Assembly (NCBI RefSeq): GCF_018350175.1 | Contig: NC_058368.1 | Location: 174,780,001-174,844,000 of the forward strand | Source: Felis catus | Lineage: Eukaryota | Length of the DNA: 64,000 nucleotides | Direction of reading: 5' to 3' | Part shown: positions 23,800 to 36,119 of the stretch, piece by piece | How positions within the stretch are numbered: the stretch's first letter is position 1 | Layout: each line of letters starts with the position of its first letter | Made by a program: the position numbers and the translations under genes | Notes under the pieces: model-generated | The model's input: only the letters and a program-made list of their open reading frames with translations | Database searches by the model: none | What the model was told of the DNA's origin: nothing

Positions 23800-24010
23800 T
23801 TTTAACTTATTTTAACATTTATCTATTATTGAGAGACAGAGCATGAGCATGGGAGGGGCAGAGAGAGAGGGAGACCCAGAATCCCAAGCAGGCTCCAGGC
23901 TCCAGCGGCCACCACAGAGAGCCTGACGGGGGGCTCGAACTCGCCAACCGCGAGATCGCGAGCTGAGCTTGAAGTCGGACGCTTAACCGACGGAGCACCC
24001 CCGGGCGCCC
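23800..24010 (-). mobile_element. Can-SINE
   Basis: Reverse body; degenerate TSD tgc..ttcttcttc. Confidence 0.9.
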
Positions 24011-24208
24011 CAGTGCGGTTCTTCTTCCGTGGAAACTCAAATATTTATTAGGGTGTCACGGTCCAGGGCCTGCTCTGCCTCACATCTCGTAGAGGTCGCC
24101 CAGGGAGGGTGGAACGGTCACGCCATCCTGGGTTCATCGAAAAGCAGTTTCGATTAGATCCAGAGCCAATTCAGTTGGCCGACTTCACGGGCGAAGGAGC
24201 GGAGGAGG

Positions 24209-24234
24209 CGGGGGGGGGGGGGGGGGGGGGGGGG
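24209..24234. repeat. Poly-G run
   Basis: About 25 consecutive G. Confidence 0.9.
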
Positions 24235-24449
24235 TAGGATCATCTCTCTCATCGCCGCGGGCCTCTGAGACGCCTCACGTTGTCTCCTGCTATTAAACTT
24301 TCATCGCCCGATTGCTGACTTTCATTTCTCAAACACAATTGCTTTGGACTCCACCAGCTTATCAATTAGGATTCTTGCAAGGAACAGAAAAAAAGCAACT
24401 CGAAATGGCTTCAGGAAAAAGGCTAAAAGGAGGAGGGATGTTTACCGGC

Positions 24450-24875
24450 TCCGGTATTATTTTTCTAGCGCTGTCATAAGAAATGTATATAGTTCCAGGG
24501 GCCAAAGGTCCAAAATCAAGGTGTCAGCAGGGCCGCCCGCCCCCTGGAGGCTCCGGGGGAGAATTGGCTGTGTGCCTCTCCCAGCTTCTGGCGGCCCCGG
24601 GGGTTCCTTGGTTGGTGGAAGCGGCGGTGGGGGGGGGGGGGTGTCGCTCGAATCTCTGCCTCCACTTTCACGCGGCTTTCGTCTGTGTTTCAGTGTGTTT
24701 GCTGTCTCACGAGGACATTCTCCTTGGATTGAGGCCCGACCCTAACCCAGGATGAGCTCACCTCCATCCCTCCCCTGGCCACACCTGCTTTGAAGACCCT
24801 ATTCGCTAATCAGGCCACCCACTGAGGTCCAGTTGAACATGCATTTGGGGAGGAATCGCTGGCTATTCGCTACAA
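24450..24875 (-). mobile_element. MLT1 (ERVL-MaLR) LTR
   Basis: tagttccaggggccaaaggtccaaaatcaaggtgtcagcagggcc...ttggattgaggcccgaccctaacccaggatgagctca. Confidence 0.8.
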
Positions 24876-25197
24876 CTAGGTTCACCGCAAACTCCGGGAC
24901 CAACTGGCAGGGGCGGGGCTCACCTTCTCTGCGCCTGCGCACTCAGCCTGCTTGCTTGCTCGCAAGCATTGCTGTCACTCGCAGGCTCCACGCGGTGGCC
25001 TGAGGGTGACGGTGCCCCCAGACTTACCTGCTCTCCGGTGCAAGTCCAAGAGCAAAGAGACTTTTCGTGAAAGAGGAGTAGAAGACCCCAGGGGAGGGGC
25101 TAGGACACCCACACCCACAGGGCTAGGACGTGCGGGTGGGCACCTAGGTCTGAGCAGGAGCTTTCGGGGTGTTGCTACCCCAGATACCAGTGAAGCT

Positions 25198-25413
25198 TGG
25201 GCGCCTGGGTGGCTCGGCCAGTTAAGCATCAGACTCGGCTCAGGTCCCGATCTCACGGGTTCGTGGGTTCGAGTCCTGCGCCGGGTGAGCATGAGCCCTG
25301 CTTCCGGGAAAACAGGAGCCCCACTTGGGATGAGCCCTGCTTCTCTCTCTCTCTCTCTCTCTCTCACTCTCTGCCCCTCTCTCACTTGCGCTGTCTCGAA
25401 AAAAAAAAAAAAC
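25198..25413 (+). mobile_element. Can-SINE variant with internal atgagccctgcttc duplication
   Basis: SINE head, (CT)n and A tail with an atypical middle section. Confidence 0.85.
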
Positions 25414-25429
25414 AGAAAGGAGGCAGGGA

Positions 25430-25820
25430 GGCCGGGGAGGAGGTTGTTCCAGATGAACATGGTTTCCCTGACACAATTACGGTCGACGTGGGTAAGATAA
25501 AGTGGAGACTGGTAAGAGCTATTGGGTTTGAGGATATTGTTGGAGCAGAAACGGCAGGCCTGTGAGGTTGATTGGCTGCAGAATGGAGTCAGGGTGGAGA
25601 GGAAATTAAGGATGAGGACAATTTTCGGCTTAGGACGCTGCATCTGAGCCTGGAAACATGGAGGGCACAGAACGATATGGGGTAAAGATGCTGAGAGTTG
25701 GTTTTGAACAGACCAAGGTCAAGGTGCCCGAGGGGCATCCAGGTGGAGGGCTTCTAGGCCTTTGGAGATACCAGAACATTGGGCTGTGGATGGAAAGAAT
25801 TGAAGGCTGTGGATCATGTG
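25430..25820 (-). mobile_element. L2 fragment
   Basis: ggaggttgttccagatg...gagttggttttgaacagaccaaggtcaaggtgcc. Confidence 0.55.
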
Positions 25821-27234
25821 GCTCGGAGAGCAGCCACGAGTGTCTCGCTCCCCGTCCCATACAGCGTGGGGGGACAGACACGGGACCTAAAGCCTCTCCT
25901 TTTCTCTTCCTCTGCCCTCGCTCTCACTTGTCTCTACCCTATTTCAATCAGATAAAGAAAGCAAAGAGGGGCAACACATCGTCACGGGGGGCAGGAGATA
26001 AGCATCTGCGTGGGGCCGCCCCACAGCGAGCCCGGTGGAGTTCTAGGCTGAGAGACAGAGCCTGGCATCAAGGTCAGGTTGGCCGCTAGGAGGAGCACAG
26101 ATCAGGCTGCTCCTCGCTATGACACACACGGGGGAAGAGGTGGGGTCTTGGCTCAGCGTGGCTGCTGGGTTCCTTCTGTCCTTCAGCCCCGAGGCTGCAG
26201 AAGCCCCCACCTGCGCTTACTTACCTGACCTGCCCACACCCCCATCATCTTTTCGCTCAGGCTGCCAGGTTCTAGAAGAGGGAGAGGCAAAATAGTGCTC
26301 CCCTCCACCTGCAGGCCGCCCGGCGCTCCCACGAGGAGTCACGACCACTCCCTTTCCGTCTTCAGATCTCCCACAAGTGCCTCTCATCAGCACGATCTAA
26401 CTGGACTCGTACGGGCACCCGAATCCAGAAAAAAGTCCCTCCCAGGCCGTATCCCTCTAGGTACAGAAGAGAGCTTAGGAGGGCAGGAGGGTCTCAGGTA
26501 TGAACAGACAAAATATATCCACACATGATGAGTGAAACCCCTCCCCTAACATCATCACATCAGGGATGAAATTTCAACGTAATGAATTTTGAGAGATTGC
26601 CAACAGTCCGCCCGTAGACACCCCCCGGATCTCACTGGCTTACAACCACAAACGTTTCGTGCTCACGGGTCTGCAGGTTGAGTGGGGTCCAGCTGAGCTG
26701 GGCTCACGGGGCTCCAAATTGCAGGTGGGGTTGATGCAACCCCGTGCTCTTTATTTGGGGCTGCTGGCTGCTTAGGCTCGTGTTCTCCTTATGGTGCATG
26801 GCAGAGAACAAGAGGGAAACCGAAGCACGCACACAGCTGAAGTCTCTGTTCCAGTCACATCTGCACATGTTCTGTTGCCCGAAGCAGGCGCCCAGTGCAG
26901 CTTTAAAAAGGCAGGGGAGAGACAGGGGGTGCCCCTCTCCCAGAGGGCGTGGCCCGGACAAGGAGGGATCAAACATGTATGGACAAATAGGAATATATAC
27001 GACAAAGCCCAAGAGAAAAGACACACAGTCTCTGACAGCGGGGCTCTCCCAGTGGAACAGCCCTGTTCATATCACCCCAGAGCAGGCTTTTGGTCTCGAG
27101 ACCCCTTAGTATTCTTAAAACCTGTTAAAGACTCCAAAGACATTTTGTTTATGCGGTATATCTATCAATATTGAGAAATTAAGACCAATCAATGTTTTAG
27201 ATATTTATTAATTCACTTAAACGTAATGGGCGAA

Positions 27235-27432
27235 GGGGAGCCCGAGTGGCTCAGTCGGTGAACCGTCCAACTTCGGCTCAGGTCATGATCTCACAGCTCG
27301 TGAGTTCGAGCCCCATGTCGGGCTCTGTGCTGACAGCTCGAAGCCTGGAGCCTGCTTTGGATTCTGTAGGTCTCTCTCTCTCTCTGCCCACCCTCCACCC
27401 CCCTCAAAAATAAACATTAAAAAAATTTTTTA
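27235..27432 (+). mobile_element. Can-SINE in Charlie1
   Basis: ggggagcccgagtggctcagtc head and body. Confidence 0.92.
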
Positions 27433-28499
27433 ATTACACGCGAAAACCCATTTTGTCCACAAATAACACATTTGCGCTTACAACTTCTTTTTCTCAAAGG
27501 AAGCAAACGTTTAGTGAAAAGTTTTTGCACTGTTTTATAGTTTTGCAAATCTCTTTAGAAGTTTAGGTTAATAATATAGCTGGATGCTTCTGTATTCCAT
27601 ATGTTCTGTATTCGATACGACGTGTCTTTTGAAGAAAATCTGGCCTCGCACAGATACGGACAAGGAAGGGGCATTTCAATCGCTTTTTCAAACATGGGTG
27701 GATGTTCTTTGCTACTACATCAAAGGTGTGCAAGTAATAGTTTCTTGAAAGTTATTTGCAGAGTGGAATCTGAAACCATACCATGAGACTTTTCATCTTT
27801 TGCTGTATTAAAGTCCACTGGCCCTGTGGCATTTTAATGGACCCTTCCCCCAAACGCGATTTTGTACCGGTCCTCCGAAACGTGCAGGCCGTCCAAAAGG
27901 TTGACACATTTCATCGCGTAATATCGAAAACACCACGCTCACTCCTACCCCTGTGGATCTCGGAAGTGGTGAGGCACTAAGAGCGTGTCACCAAGCTCCC
28001 AGTGACGCGTACAAACTTGCCAAACTTCCATGCGTGTTCTCGGACTCGAATTTCGTCATCGGCAAAAACCGTGTTGTTTTCCCTGAAGTAACCGGCAGGC
28101 TCTCGTCATTCGTTTTTGAGATAATGTTTGCCAAACACCTGAGTCCCGATAACCGCAGTTTTTCTGCCGGTCCCCCCTTCGGATGAAAGCGGGGTTCCGT
28201 GACAAAAATGTAGCTTGCTCAGTGCGCGTTCCACCCCCAAAGCGGTTTCCCGGAGACGAGCATCACGCTTCGTATGCAAGGGAACTTCCCTGTACGTACT
28301 TCTCGTTGTCAACACGGAGTGTTAAAAATATGTGGGCTCAGAAGTTGACATCTAATAAAAGAAAAGTCTGCTTTATGGAGGACGTTCTTAAGTGAAGCCG
28401 GCATCTCATTGTCGGTTGCAGGGTGTGGCAGTGAAAAATTCAAAACTTACTGGCATGGCGTGGTGCCTCTGCCTTGATTTTCACGGTAGTTTTACCCCT

Positions 28500-29189
28500 T
28501 GTATTGGTCAGGCTTCTCCAGAGAAACGAAATGAATAGAACGTGTCTATATGGAGAAAGAGAGAGAGATTTTTGATAAGGACTTAGCTCACGTGATTATG
28601 GAGGCCAGCAGGTCTAAAATCTGCAGGACAGGAGAGTCAATGTTCTAGTTCAAGTCCAAAAGCCATCTGCTGTAGAGCCAGGGATGGCTGATGGTGCAGA
28701 TAAGGTCCAAATGTTGGCTGCTGGAGAATCCTCTCTCTTGCTCAGGAGAGTCTGGTCTTGGACTTTCTGTGCTACTCAGGCCTTCAGCTGATTGGACAAG
28801 GCCCACCCACAGTATGGATAGCAAACTGCTTTCCTCAACGTTTATCCATTTAAACGTTACTCTCATCCGAAACGCCCTCACCGAAACATCCAGAATAATT
28901 TTTGACCTAATAGCTGGGCACCCTGCGACCCAGCCAAGTTGACACATAACATTTTTTTTAAATGTTTTTTTATTTATTTTTGAGAGAGAGAGACAGAGTA
29001 TGAGCAGGGGAAGGGCAGAGAGAGACAGGGAGACACAGAATCTGAGGCAGGCTCCAGGCTCTGAGCTGTCAGCACAGAGCCCGATGTGGGGCTGGAAGTC
29101 GTGAACTGCAAGATCATGACCTGAGCTGAAGTCAGACACTAGATGGACTTTGCCACCCAGGCGCCCGACGCATAAAATTGACCATCGCA
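28500..29189 (-). mobile_element. MLT2 (ERVL) solo LTR in Charlie1
   Basis: tgtattggtcaggcttctccagagaaac...cagctgattggacaaggcccacccaca...ccagccaagttgacacataa[SINE]aattgaccatcgca. Confidence 0.85.
28950..29166 (-). mobile_element. Can-SINE in MLT2
   Basis: Reverse body; TSD gac(a/g)cataa. Confidence 0.93.
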
Positions 29190-29699
29190 TGCACCATTGT
29201 TTTTGTCCCATCAGTGCCAATGTCAACACGGTGTAAAGGCCAAACAATGCCTTTGTATTATTATAAAGATAGTTTGGCCCTGTGGCCCCTCCCACCCGAA
29301 AGGGTCTCAGTGACTCAGGAATCCTCAGACTACACTTAACCAACTCCTGCCCTCTGGAGAAATCCACCATTCGGCACACGCAGAGCTTCGTTCAGACTCT
29401 TTGAGCACTCTCCCAAATAGGAATGGACATGCCCAGACATTTCGCAACGCAACGGTGACACAGCACCACACACCTATTCAAATGGCCCCAGTCCAGAACA
29501 CTGTCAGCACCAGAGGCTGGCGAGGACGCAGGATAATATAGGAGCTCTCGTACGTGGCTGGTCGGAATGCAAAGTGCTACAGACACTGTGGAAGACGACG
29601 TGATGGCTCCTTACAAAACCCCACGCGCTCCTCCCGTGCGTGCAAGGCAGTGATGGTGCTCCTTTGGTCCTTAGGCCAAACGACTGAAAACTTATTGTT

Positions 29700-29928
29700 T
29701 TTTTTTTTTTTTTTAATTTTTTTTTTCAACGTTTATTTATTTTTGGGACAGAGAGAGACAGAGCATGAACGGGGGAGGGGCAGAGAGAGAGGGAGACACA
29801 GAATCGGAAACAGGCTCCAGGCTCTGAGCCATCAGCCCAGAGCCCGACGCGGGGCTCGAACTCACGGACCGCGAGATCGTGACCTGGCTGAAGTCGGACG
29901 CTTAACCGACTGCGCCACCCAGGCGCCC
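29700..29928 (-). mobile_element. Young felid Can-SINE
   Basis: Consensus-like body; perfect TSD tgaaaacttattgtt. Confidence 0.97.
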
Positions 29929-29939
29929 TGAAAACTTAT

Positions 29940-30306
29940 TGTTACAGGAGGGTGGGAGAGACGCTGGTCCTTGTCCCGCTGAGTCGAGGAATGAATCTCA
30001 CGGACAACAGAGAGTGAGCAAAGCGACAGAGTGCATTGAGGGAAAGTGTAGAGCTCTCAAGAGTGAGAGGGGTCCCCAGGGGGTTGCCGCTGAGGATTTC
30101 CGTCCCTGACTTTTTATTGGGACCTTATCGGAAAGTTTGTGAGACTCCACCCATGGCACCTAGCCCAGGCGGGTCTGGAATACGTTTTTCCTTTTTTCTC
30201 CCCCCCCCCCAAAACCCTGCTGTTTCTTCAGCCTCCCACTGGGAGCTGCAGTCTGCCTCCCCGAAAGTCCCTTATCTCTCCCTGCCTGACGTTAACCCTT
30301 TCCACA
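29940..30306 (-). mobile_element. Probable ERV solo LTR, family not identified
   Basis: About 370-nt non-L1 insert bounded by TGTT...CACA, between L1 sequence gaaaacttat and gtccccgcaaaaacc. Confidence 0.6.
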
Positions 30307-32721
30307 TTCCTTTTGTCCCCGCAAAAACCTGCACACAGATGTGTTTATAGCAGCTCTGTTCAAACCTGCCAAAACTTGGAGGCAACCAAGGTGTCCTCCA
30401 GTAGACGACAGGGACAGCTAAACGGCGGTACATCCAGACAGTGGAGTATGATTCAGCGCTAAAAAGAGATGAGCTAGCAAGCCGTGTTTCTTCCGTGAAA
30501 CAAGGAGGAAACTTACATGCATTTAAACTTACAAGGGCAAGAAGCCGATCTGAAAAGGCTACGTACGGTACGATTCCGGCCATGTGACATTCTAGAAAAG
30601 GCAAAACTGTAGAGACAGTATACAGATCAGTGGTCGCCAGGACCTGGGGACGAGGGCAGGCATGGATAGGCAGAGCACAGGGGAGGATTTATAGGGCAGT
30701 GGAAATACCCTACGATGTTGTAAAAGGGAACGACAGACTTTGGGTGATAATAACGTCAACTTAGGTTCGTCCTTGGTAACAAATGTACCACTCTGGTGAG
30801 TGCCCACTGGTAATGAGGGAGGCTATGGGTGCGAGGGGACAGAAGACATGTGAGAACTCTCTCTGCCTCCCTCTCAACTTGGTTGCATGTCTAAAACTGC
30901 TCTAAAAAAGAGTCTTAAAAAAAAAAGAACTAGAAGACCATTTTTGCCATGTGGCCTGATTCATGAACTTGGCGTTCACCCACTCTAGGGTGGGATGGGA
31001 TTTGGGGTCAGAAGTACCATCAGAAGAGAGAGGGGGTTGTGAATAACTTCTGAGAGATTTGGGGGAAATCGTTTCAGAGGAAATGGTGAGAAAAATCGGG
31101 CCTTGGCCAGAGCGGGAAAGCCAAGGACGGGCATAAGAGAGGCCTTGTTACGGACAGGCCACGGCGATTGCTTCTGTGGAAGGCAGGCACTAACTGCCGT
31201 TTGGGTGAGCTCCCCCTTTATCCCGGTGGTGATGGGGCCCATCCAGGGAGCTCTGACGAGGGGAGTGAGATGGCAAAACGCGGGCAAAGTGAATTGGGGT
31301 GCTGAGAGCGCGGCTCTCCACGTCGGCTCCACCACCTGCTCGCCACGTAACCTTGGAGGGGTTTTGTAACGTCTGTGTCACACAAGTGTTGGTGCCTGGC
31401 ACGCGGTAAGTACTCGGTGAATGTGCACAATCGCGGTGGGAGCGACGGTGGCGATGATGGGGACGTTTGGAGAAAGGTCCCTCTGGAAAGCACCCGAAAG
31501 AGGTACGTCTGGACACAAGGAGGCTCCTTGGAAAAGCCCCAACAATTTGCCAAGTGCTGGGGCTGAAACATTGTCCAGGAAACCTCGTAGGTAGGGATCA
31601 TTGCCAGAGAGCTGGGGGACCTACTGGGGGAGGAAGGGAAGAACTCTTGCGCCTGCTCAGGGCTGCTCCCTAAAGCACACGGGACGGAAACCCAGCAGAG
31701 GCGGAAGCCAGATACGAGGAAGTGGGGAGACCCTGAGGATGGCGGGCGAAAGTCTGGAAGAGTAAAGACGAGCAACAGAACAGAGTTCTCCCTCCTTGGC
31801 TCCTTAATGCTGGAAGAGGATGTCTCTTAAGCCAAAGAAATGGAAACCCAAAGGCTCCCTCCTACCAGCTTGATTAAGTGCGGTTTTGGCAGGGGTGGTG
31901 AGGGCCGGGGATGAGAAGAGAATGGACGGAGTCACGGCTCCTCTTAAATCCTCCCAGTTGCAATGGCCCAAGGAAACTCCTCCTGAGGCCACGCTGGGCC
32001 TCTCCATCATCTGGTAAATGGGATCACTTCTGTGTTAGGAACTTAGCTATTAGGTAACTAGGCCACCTTGGATGCACCATCGACAGAAGTCTGGGCGGCG
32101 ACAGCCAATCAGAGAGCTTCAGACTTACTTTTTTTCTTCTTACGTTATTTGACACCCTGATCCATATGCTTTAAAAAAACCCCAAAACACTCACGAAGAC
32201 ACTAACCTAACAAGGGCCATGTTTGCTGTCAGGACAACCTCCGTTGAGTACCTAACAAGACCAGGGAGGGGAAGGTCTGATGAGGGTGCCCGGCGACTCC
32301 CAAATTGGCAAGAACAGAACGAATTAATCGCAGCGTCGATCAAATGAGTGTTTTTATACGAAGAACACAACATGCTTGTAACCTCTCTGTGTTCTCCGGG
32401 GCACCTCAGAGGAGGGCTTGGGTGTTTCCTGGTCACGTTACCTCTGCTTTGTTAGAAGGTTTTCCCTCCTGTCTCATGAAATTGGAACCTATTGGACACA
32501 GGGGCATCAAACAAAGGGGCCTGTGCACGGGGCCCACACCTGTCCCCACCTCTCAGAAGACATAGTTGCCGAGTGTCCCCGTTACCACTATTTCACCACT
32601 GGATGTATCATCCCCATGAAGGACTCTGCGTTTCAAATTTCATGCCTGGGAGCTTTCTGAGAAGTCTCCAGAAGGAGGTGGTTTTTATCACCAGCCAAAT
32701 ACTTCAGCCTGGTGTGGTTTA

Positions 32722-32950
32722 GTTTATTTTACTTTTTAATCTTTTTTAATGTTTATTTATTTCTGAGACAGAGAGAGACAGAGCATGAGCAGGGGAGGGG
32801 CAGAGGGAGAGGGAGACACAGAGTCCGAAGCAGGCTCCAGGCTCTGAGCTGTTAGCACAGAGCCCAACGTGGGGCTCGGACTCTCAAACCGTGAGATCAT
32901 GACCTGAGCCGAAGTTGGTCGCTCAACCAACTGAGCCACCCAGGCGCCCC
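32722..32950 (-). mobile_element. Can-SINE
   Basis: Perfect TSD cagcctggtgtggttta. Confidence 0.96.
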
Positions 32951-33121
32951 CAGCCTGGTGTGGTTTAACATAACTAGCTCTCTTTGCTTGATGCCTGATT
33001 TTTCCAACTATGCCAAGAAAAATGGGCTCCGTCTAATCCATGATTATAGAGGCATGAGTTCAGCCACTCCCAAAAAAGGGTATTAGAAGGAAACTGTTTC
33101 ATTGGTTAAAAGATGTCTTTA

Positions 33122-33236
33122 GGGGCACCTGGGTGGCTCAGTCAGTTGAGCGTCTGACTTTGGCTCAGGTCATGATCTCATGGTTCGGGAGTTCGAGCCC
33201 TACATCGGGCTCAGCGCGGTCAGCATGGAGTCTGCT

Positions 33237-33267
<31 letters not shown>

Positions 33268-33340
33268 GTCCCTCCCCTACTCGTGTGCTCTGTTTTTCTC
33301 TCTCTCTCTCAAAAAAATAAACTTAAAAAGTTTTGTAAAA
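33122..33340 (+). mobile_element. Can-SINE
   Basis: TSD aaaagatgtctt. Confidence 0.94.
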
Positions 33341-33439
33341 AGATGTCTTGAGTAAAGACCATGCGATAATAAAGATATTAATAATGACAATGATAAAGAC
33401 AACCCAAATGGTTACCATTTTTCCAATACCCGTGATGTC

Positions 33440-33620
33440 CCAGCCACATACGACTTCCAGCTGCAAAATAACCTTGCAACACGGGTGTCATTACCCACCA
33501 CTTTATAGACAACAAATCCGAGACTCACAGAGAAGAGCTGGCTCGCCCGGTGTTACCCCGCTGATGTGTGGCAAGGCCCAGATTTAGACCCGCATCCTGC
33601 AAACTAATTGATCTGACCGC
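33440..33620 (-). mobile_element. MIR fragment
   Basis: cactttatagacaacaaatccgagactcacagaga...gtggcaaggcccagatttagaccc. Confidence 0.55.
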
Positions 33621-34129
33621 CGTTATGTCTCTCTAGTTATTTCTTCCCAACTGGCTCCATGCAGAAATTCAAAGGAATTCCTGCCTTAGCTTCAGCCTCA
33701 CTAAAGGGGCTGGCCTGGTCCTTCCCTCGTGGGGCTTCAGTGATATGCTTGATAAGCCTGTCACCGCCACGCTTAATTTCTTCCGAACTCCCTTCCTGGG
33801 ATCTGTCCCAGATCCGTGTGAAATCCAGGCCATTCCTGACCCAGCCCCACCCACGCTCCACCTCCACTCCCTCCCCGAGTGGTCCGGACCCATCTCTCTC
33901 CTTCCCTCCACTCACCCCTGCTACTCTACTCCCAGCTCCTCTGTGCCCACAGCTTTCCGCCAGACCTTCACTCTCTGCACCCCTGAAGGCCTGGTTCACC
34001 TCGCATTACTTGAGAATTACAGCCTTATCGGCCCAAGAAAGGCCTCGGGCGCTAGGTAGGAAGACTTCAGAAATGTTTGCCGATTGGGATGAAAGCCTGG
34101 ATGGATACAAACTGGGGTGGGTTCTGCAG

Positions 34130-34570
34130 TGCCCCCACGTCGGAAAAAGAAACGTTGAAGTCATACCCCCCACCCAGTACTTCCGAAAGTGAGCTGATTT
34201 GGAAGCAGGGTCATTAGAGAGATGATTATTCAATTTAAGATGAGATAGCACTGGAGTGGACCCCTAATCCAGTATTGCTGGTGACCTCATAAGAAGACGG
34301 TCACGAGAAGACGCGAACGCGGGAAGGAACCACAGCACGCGCCAATAAAGGCAAAGATTGGAGTTTACCCAATGGCAGGCCAAGGAATGCCAAAGGTCGG
34401 GGCAAACCACAGAAGCCCGAAGAGGCAAGGAAAGGTCCCGTTCCAGGTCTCGGAGGGAATGTGCGTGCCTACACGTTGATTTCCAATTTCTGGCATCCAG
34501 ACCGGTGAGACAACACGTTTCCATTGTTCCCAGTCACCCCATTCGTGGTGCTTTGCCACGTATAAATGCG
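34130..34570 (+). mobile_element. MLT1C-like MaLR LTR
   Basis: tttggaagcagggtc..ttaagatgag..cccctaatccag..caaggaatgccaaagg..cacagaagc..ttctggcatccagaccggtgagaca. Confidence 0.85.
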
Positions 34571-34964
34571 TAGCTCACCTCTGTTTCCTACTAGTTTTTC
34601 TCATTATTTTCTCCACACTTCCTGCATTTTTACAACCAAAGTGTTAGCCGGTCAGTCGCATTCGAAGGTACACATTGCTGACTATTTTCAAATCCAAAGA
34701 ATTCCGAAGTGTACAAAATGCAAATCGACGCCCTCCCGTAATCTAACCTCTTGGCAACAACTCGTTTATGTGTTCAATAAAGGACCTATTACCTACTTCA
34801 TCCCAGACTAAGTAGTGTGGACACATCCGTCCATAAAACAACTCGTTTTGCTTTTTCCAAATGTCTAAGTCTGCGTTGGCCGTGTATTGCTTTCATCGTC
34901 AGAAAAATAAGGGTAGGAAGGAAATGGAATTTTAGGAGGGAGGAACAAAAAAAGAAGTCCTCAA

Positions 34965-35176
34965 GGGGCGCCTGGGTGGCACAGTCGGTTAAGCGTCCGA
35001 CTTCAGCCAGGTCACGATCTCGAGGTCCGTGAGTTCGAGCTCCGCGTCGGGCTCTGGGCTGATGGCTCAGAGCCTGGAGCCTGTTTCCGATTCTGTGTCT
35101 CCCTCTCTCTCTCTCTGCCCCTCCCCCGTTTATGCTCTGTCTCTCTCTGTCCCAAAAATAAATAAACGTTGAAAAA

Positions 35177-35209
<33 letters not shown>
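34965..35209 (+). mobile_element. Young felid Can-SINE
   Basis: Long pure A tail; TSD aaaaaagaagtcctca. Confidence 0.97.
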
Positions 35210-35210
<1 letters not shown>

Positions 35211-35539
35211 AAGTCCTCAGGAAGCGTGCATACCAGGCTCCCTTCCCCGTGACCCAGAGGAGGAGGAGAGAGGCCCGGGCCTCTCCCCAGAGAGCGAGGC
35301 ATGAGCCTAGGCTCTACGATCCAGTGACGCTGACGGCTACTGTCGCCACGATGCCTCCTGCAGGTTGCACTGGGCTATCATTTCGCGAATGTTATCTCCT
35401 CTCGTGCTCACCGCGGTGCTCTGAGGCAGGGACCATTGTCATCTTCACTTTCCAGAAGAGTCTTCTGCCGCCACTTGCCACGTATGGAATCTCAGGAGTT
35501 TGCAAATTCGGGACCAGACTAAATTGCTTAGGATGATCA

Positions 35540-36035
35540 GCTATCTGTCACCGCGTGCCCAATTACCCCCAACGTGGGAGCTTAACACAGCACGCGTATG
35601 TTATGCCACATGGTCTGCGGGCCAGGTGTCTGGGAGCAGCTCAGCGGGGTCCTCCAAGTCAGGGAGTCCTACCAGGCTGTGTGATCGAGGTGACAGGGCG
35701 GTGGTCATCTCGAGGCTCAGCTAGCGGTGGATTCACTTTTAGGCTTTCGAGAGCGTTCGTTCGGTGGAGGGCTTGTTCAGAGCCTGGCTGTGCGGGCCTC
35801 TCCATAGGACAGCCGCCTTCATCGGAGCACAGAGTCAAGAGGGCAGGGGGGGTGCCGGGGGGACGTAAGTCACCGTGTTTTATAACCTAACCTCTCAAGT
35901 GACCTCATTTTTGCTGCATTCTGTTGGTTAGAAACAAGTCAATAATTCCAGTTCACACTCCAGGGGAAGGGATTACACAGGCTGCAAATACCAGGAAGCG
36001 GCCGTCACTGGGCATCATTGTAGAAGGCCTCCGGC
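35540..36035 (-). mobile_element. Old MLT1 LTR
   Basis: ggccaggtgtctgggagcagctcagcggggtcctc...ctgcattctgttggttagaaacaagtca..caggggaagggattacacaggctgcaaataccagg. Confidence 0.7.
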
Positions 36036-36119
36036 CACATTTGGGACAACCGAGAAGATACGGAGCTCAGCCACTGGAAGATCAGTCTGCCCTCTTCTCC
36101 AACCCACAGGAAAAAAAAA

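Larger units (their letters stand above)
27078..29350 (-). mobile_element. Charlie1-family hAT DNA transposon with nested insertions
   Basis: ttttggtctcgagaccccttagtattcttaaaa at the left end; catcagtgccaatgtcaacacggtgtaaagg..ttattataaagatagtttgg..aaagggtctc at the right end. Confidence 0.8.
29430..30920 (+). mobile_element. L1M (L1MB/MC-like) 3' region, interrupted by a SINE and an LTR
   Basis: aaaaacctgcacacagatg..tttatagcagc, ggtacatccagaca, gacattctagaaaaggcaaaactgtagagacag, tctaaaactgctctaaaaa. Confidence 0.85.

Noticed and set aside
28645..29379. 244-aa minus-strand ORF
   Set aside because: Crosses Charlie1, SINE and MLT2 sequence; a chance chimera.
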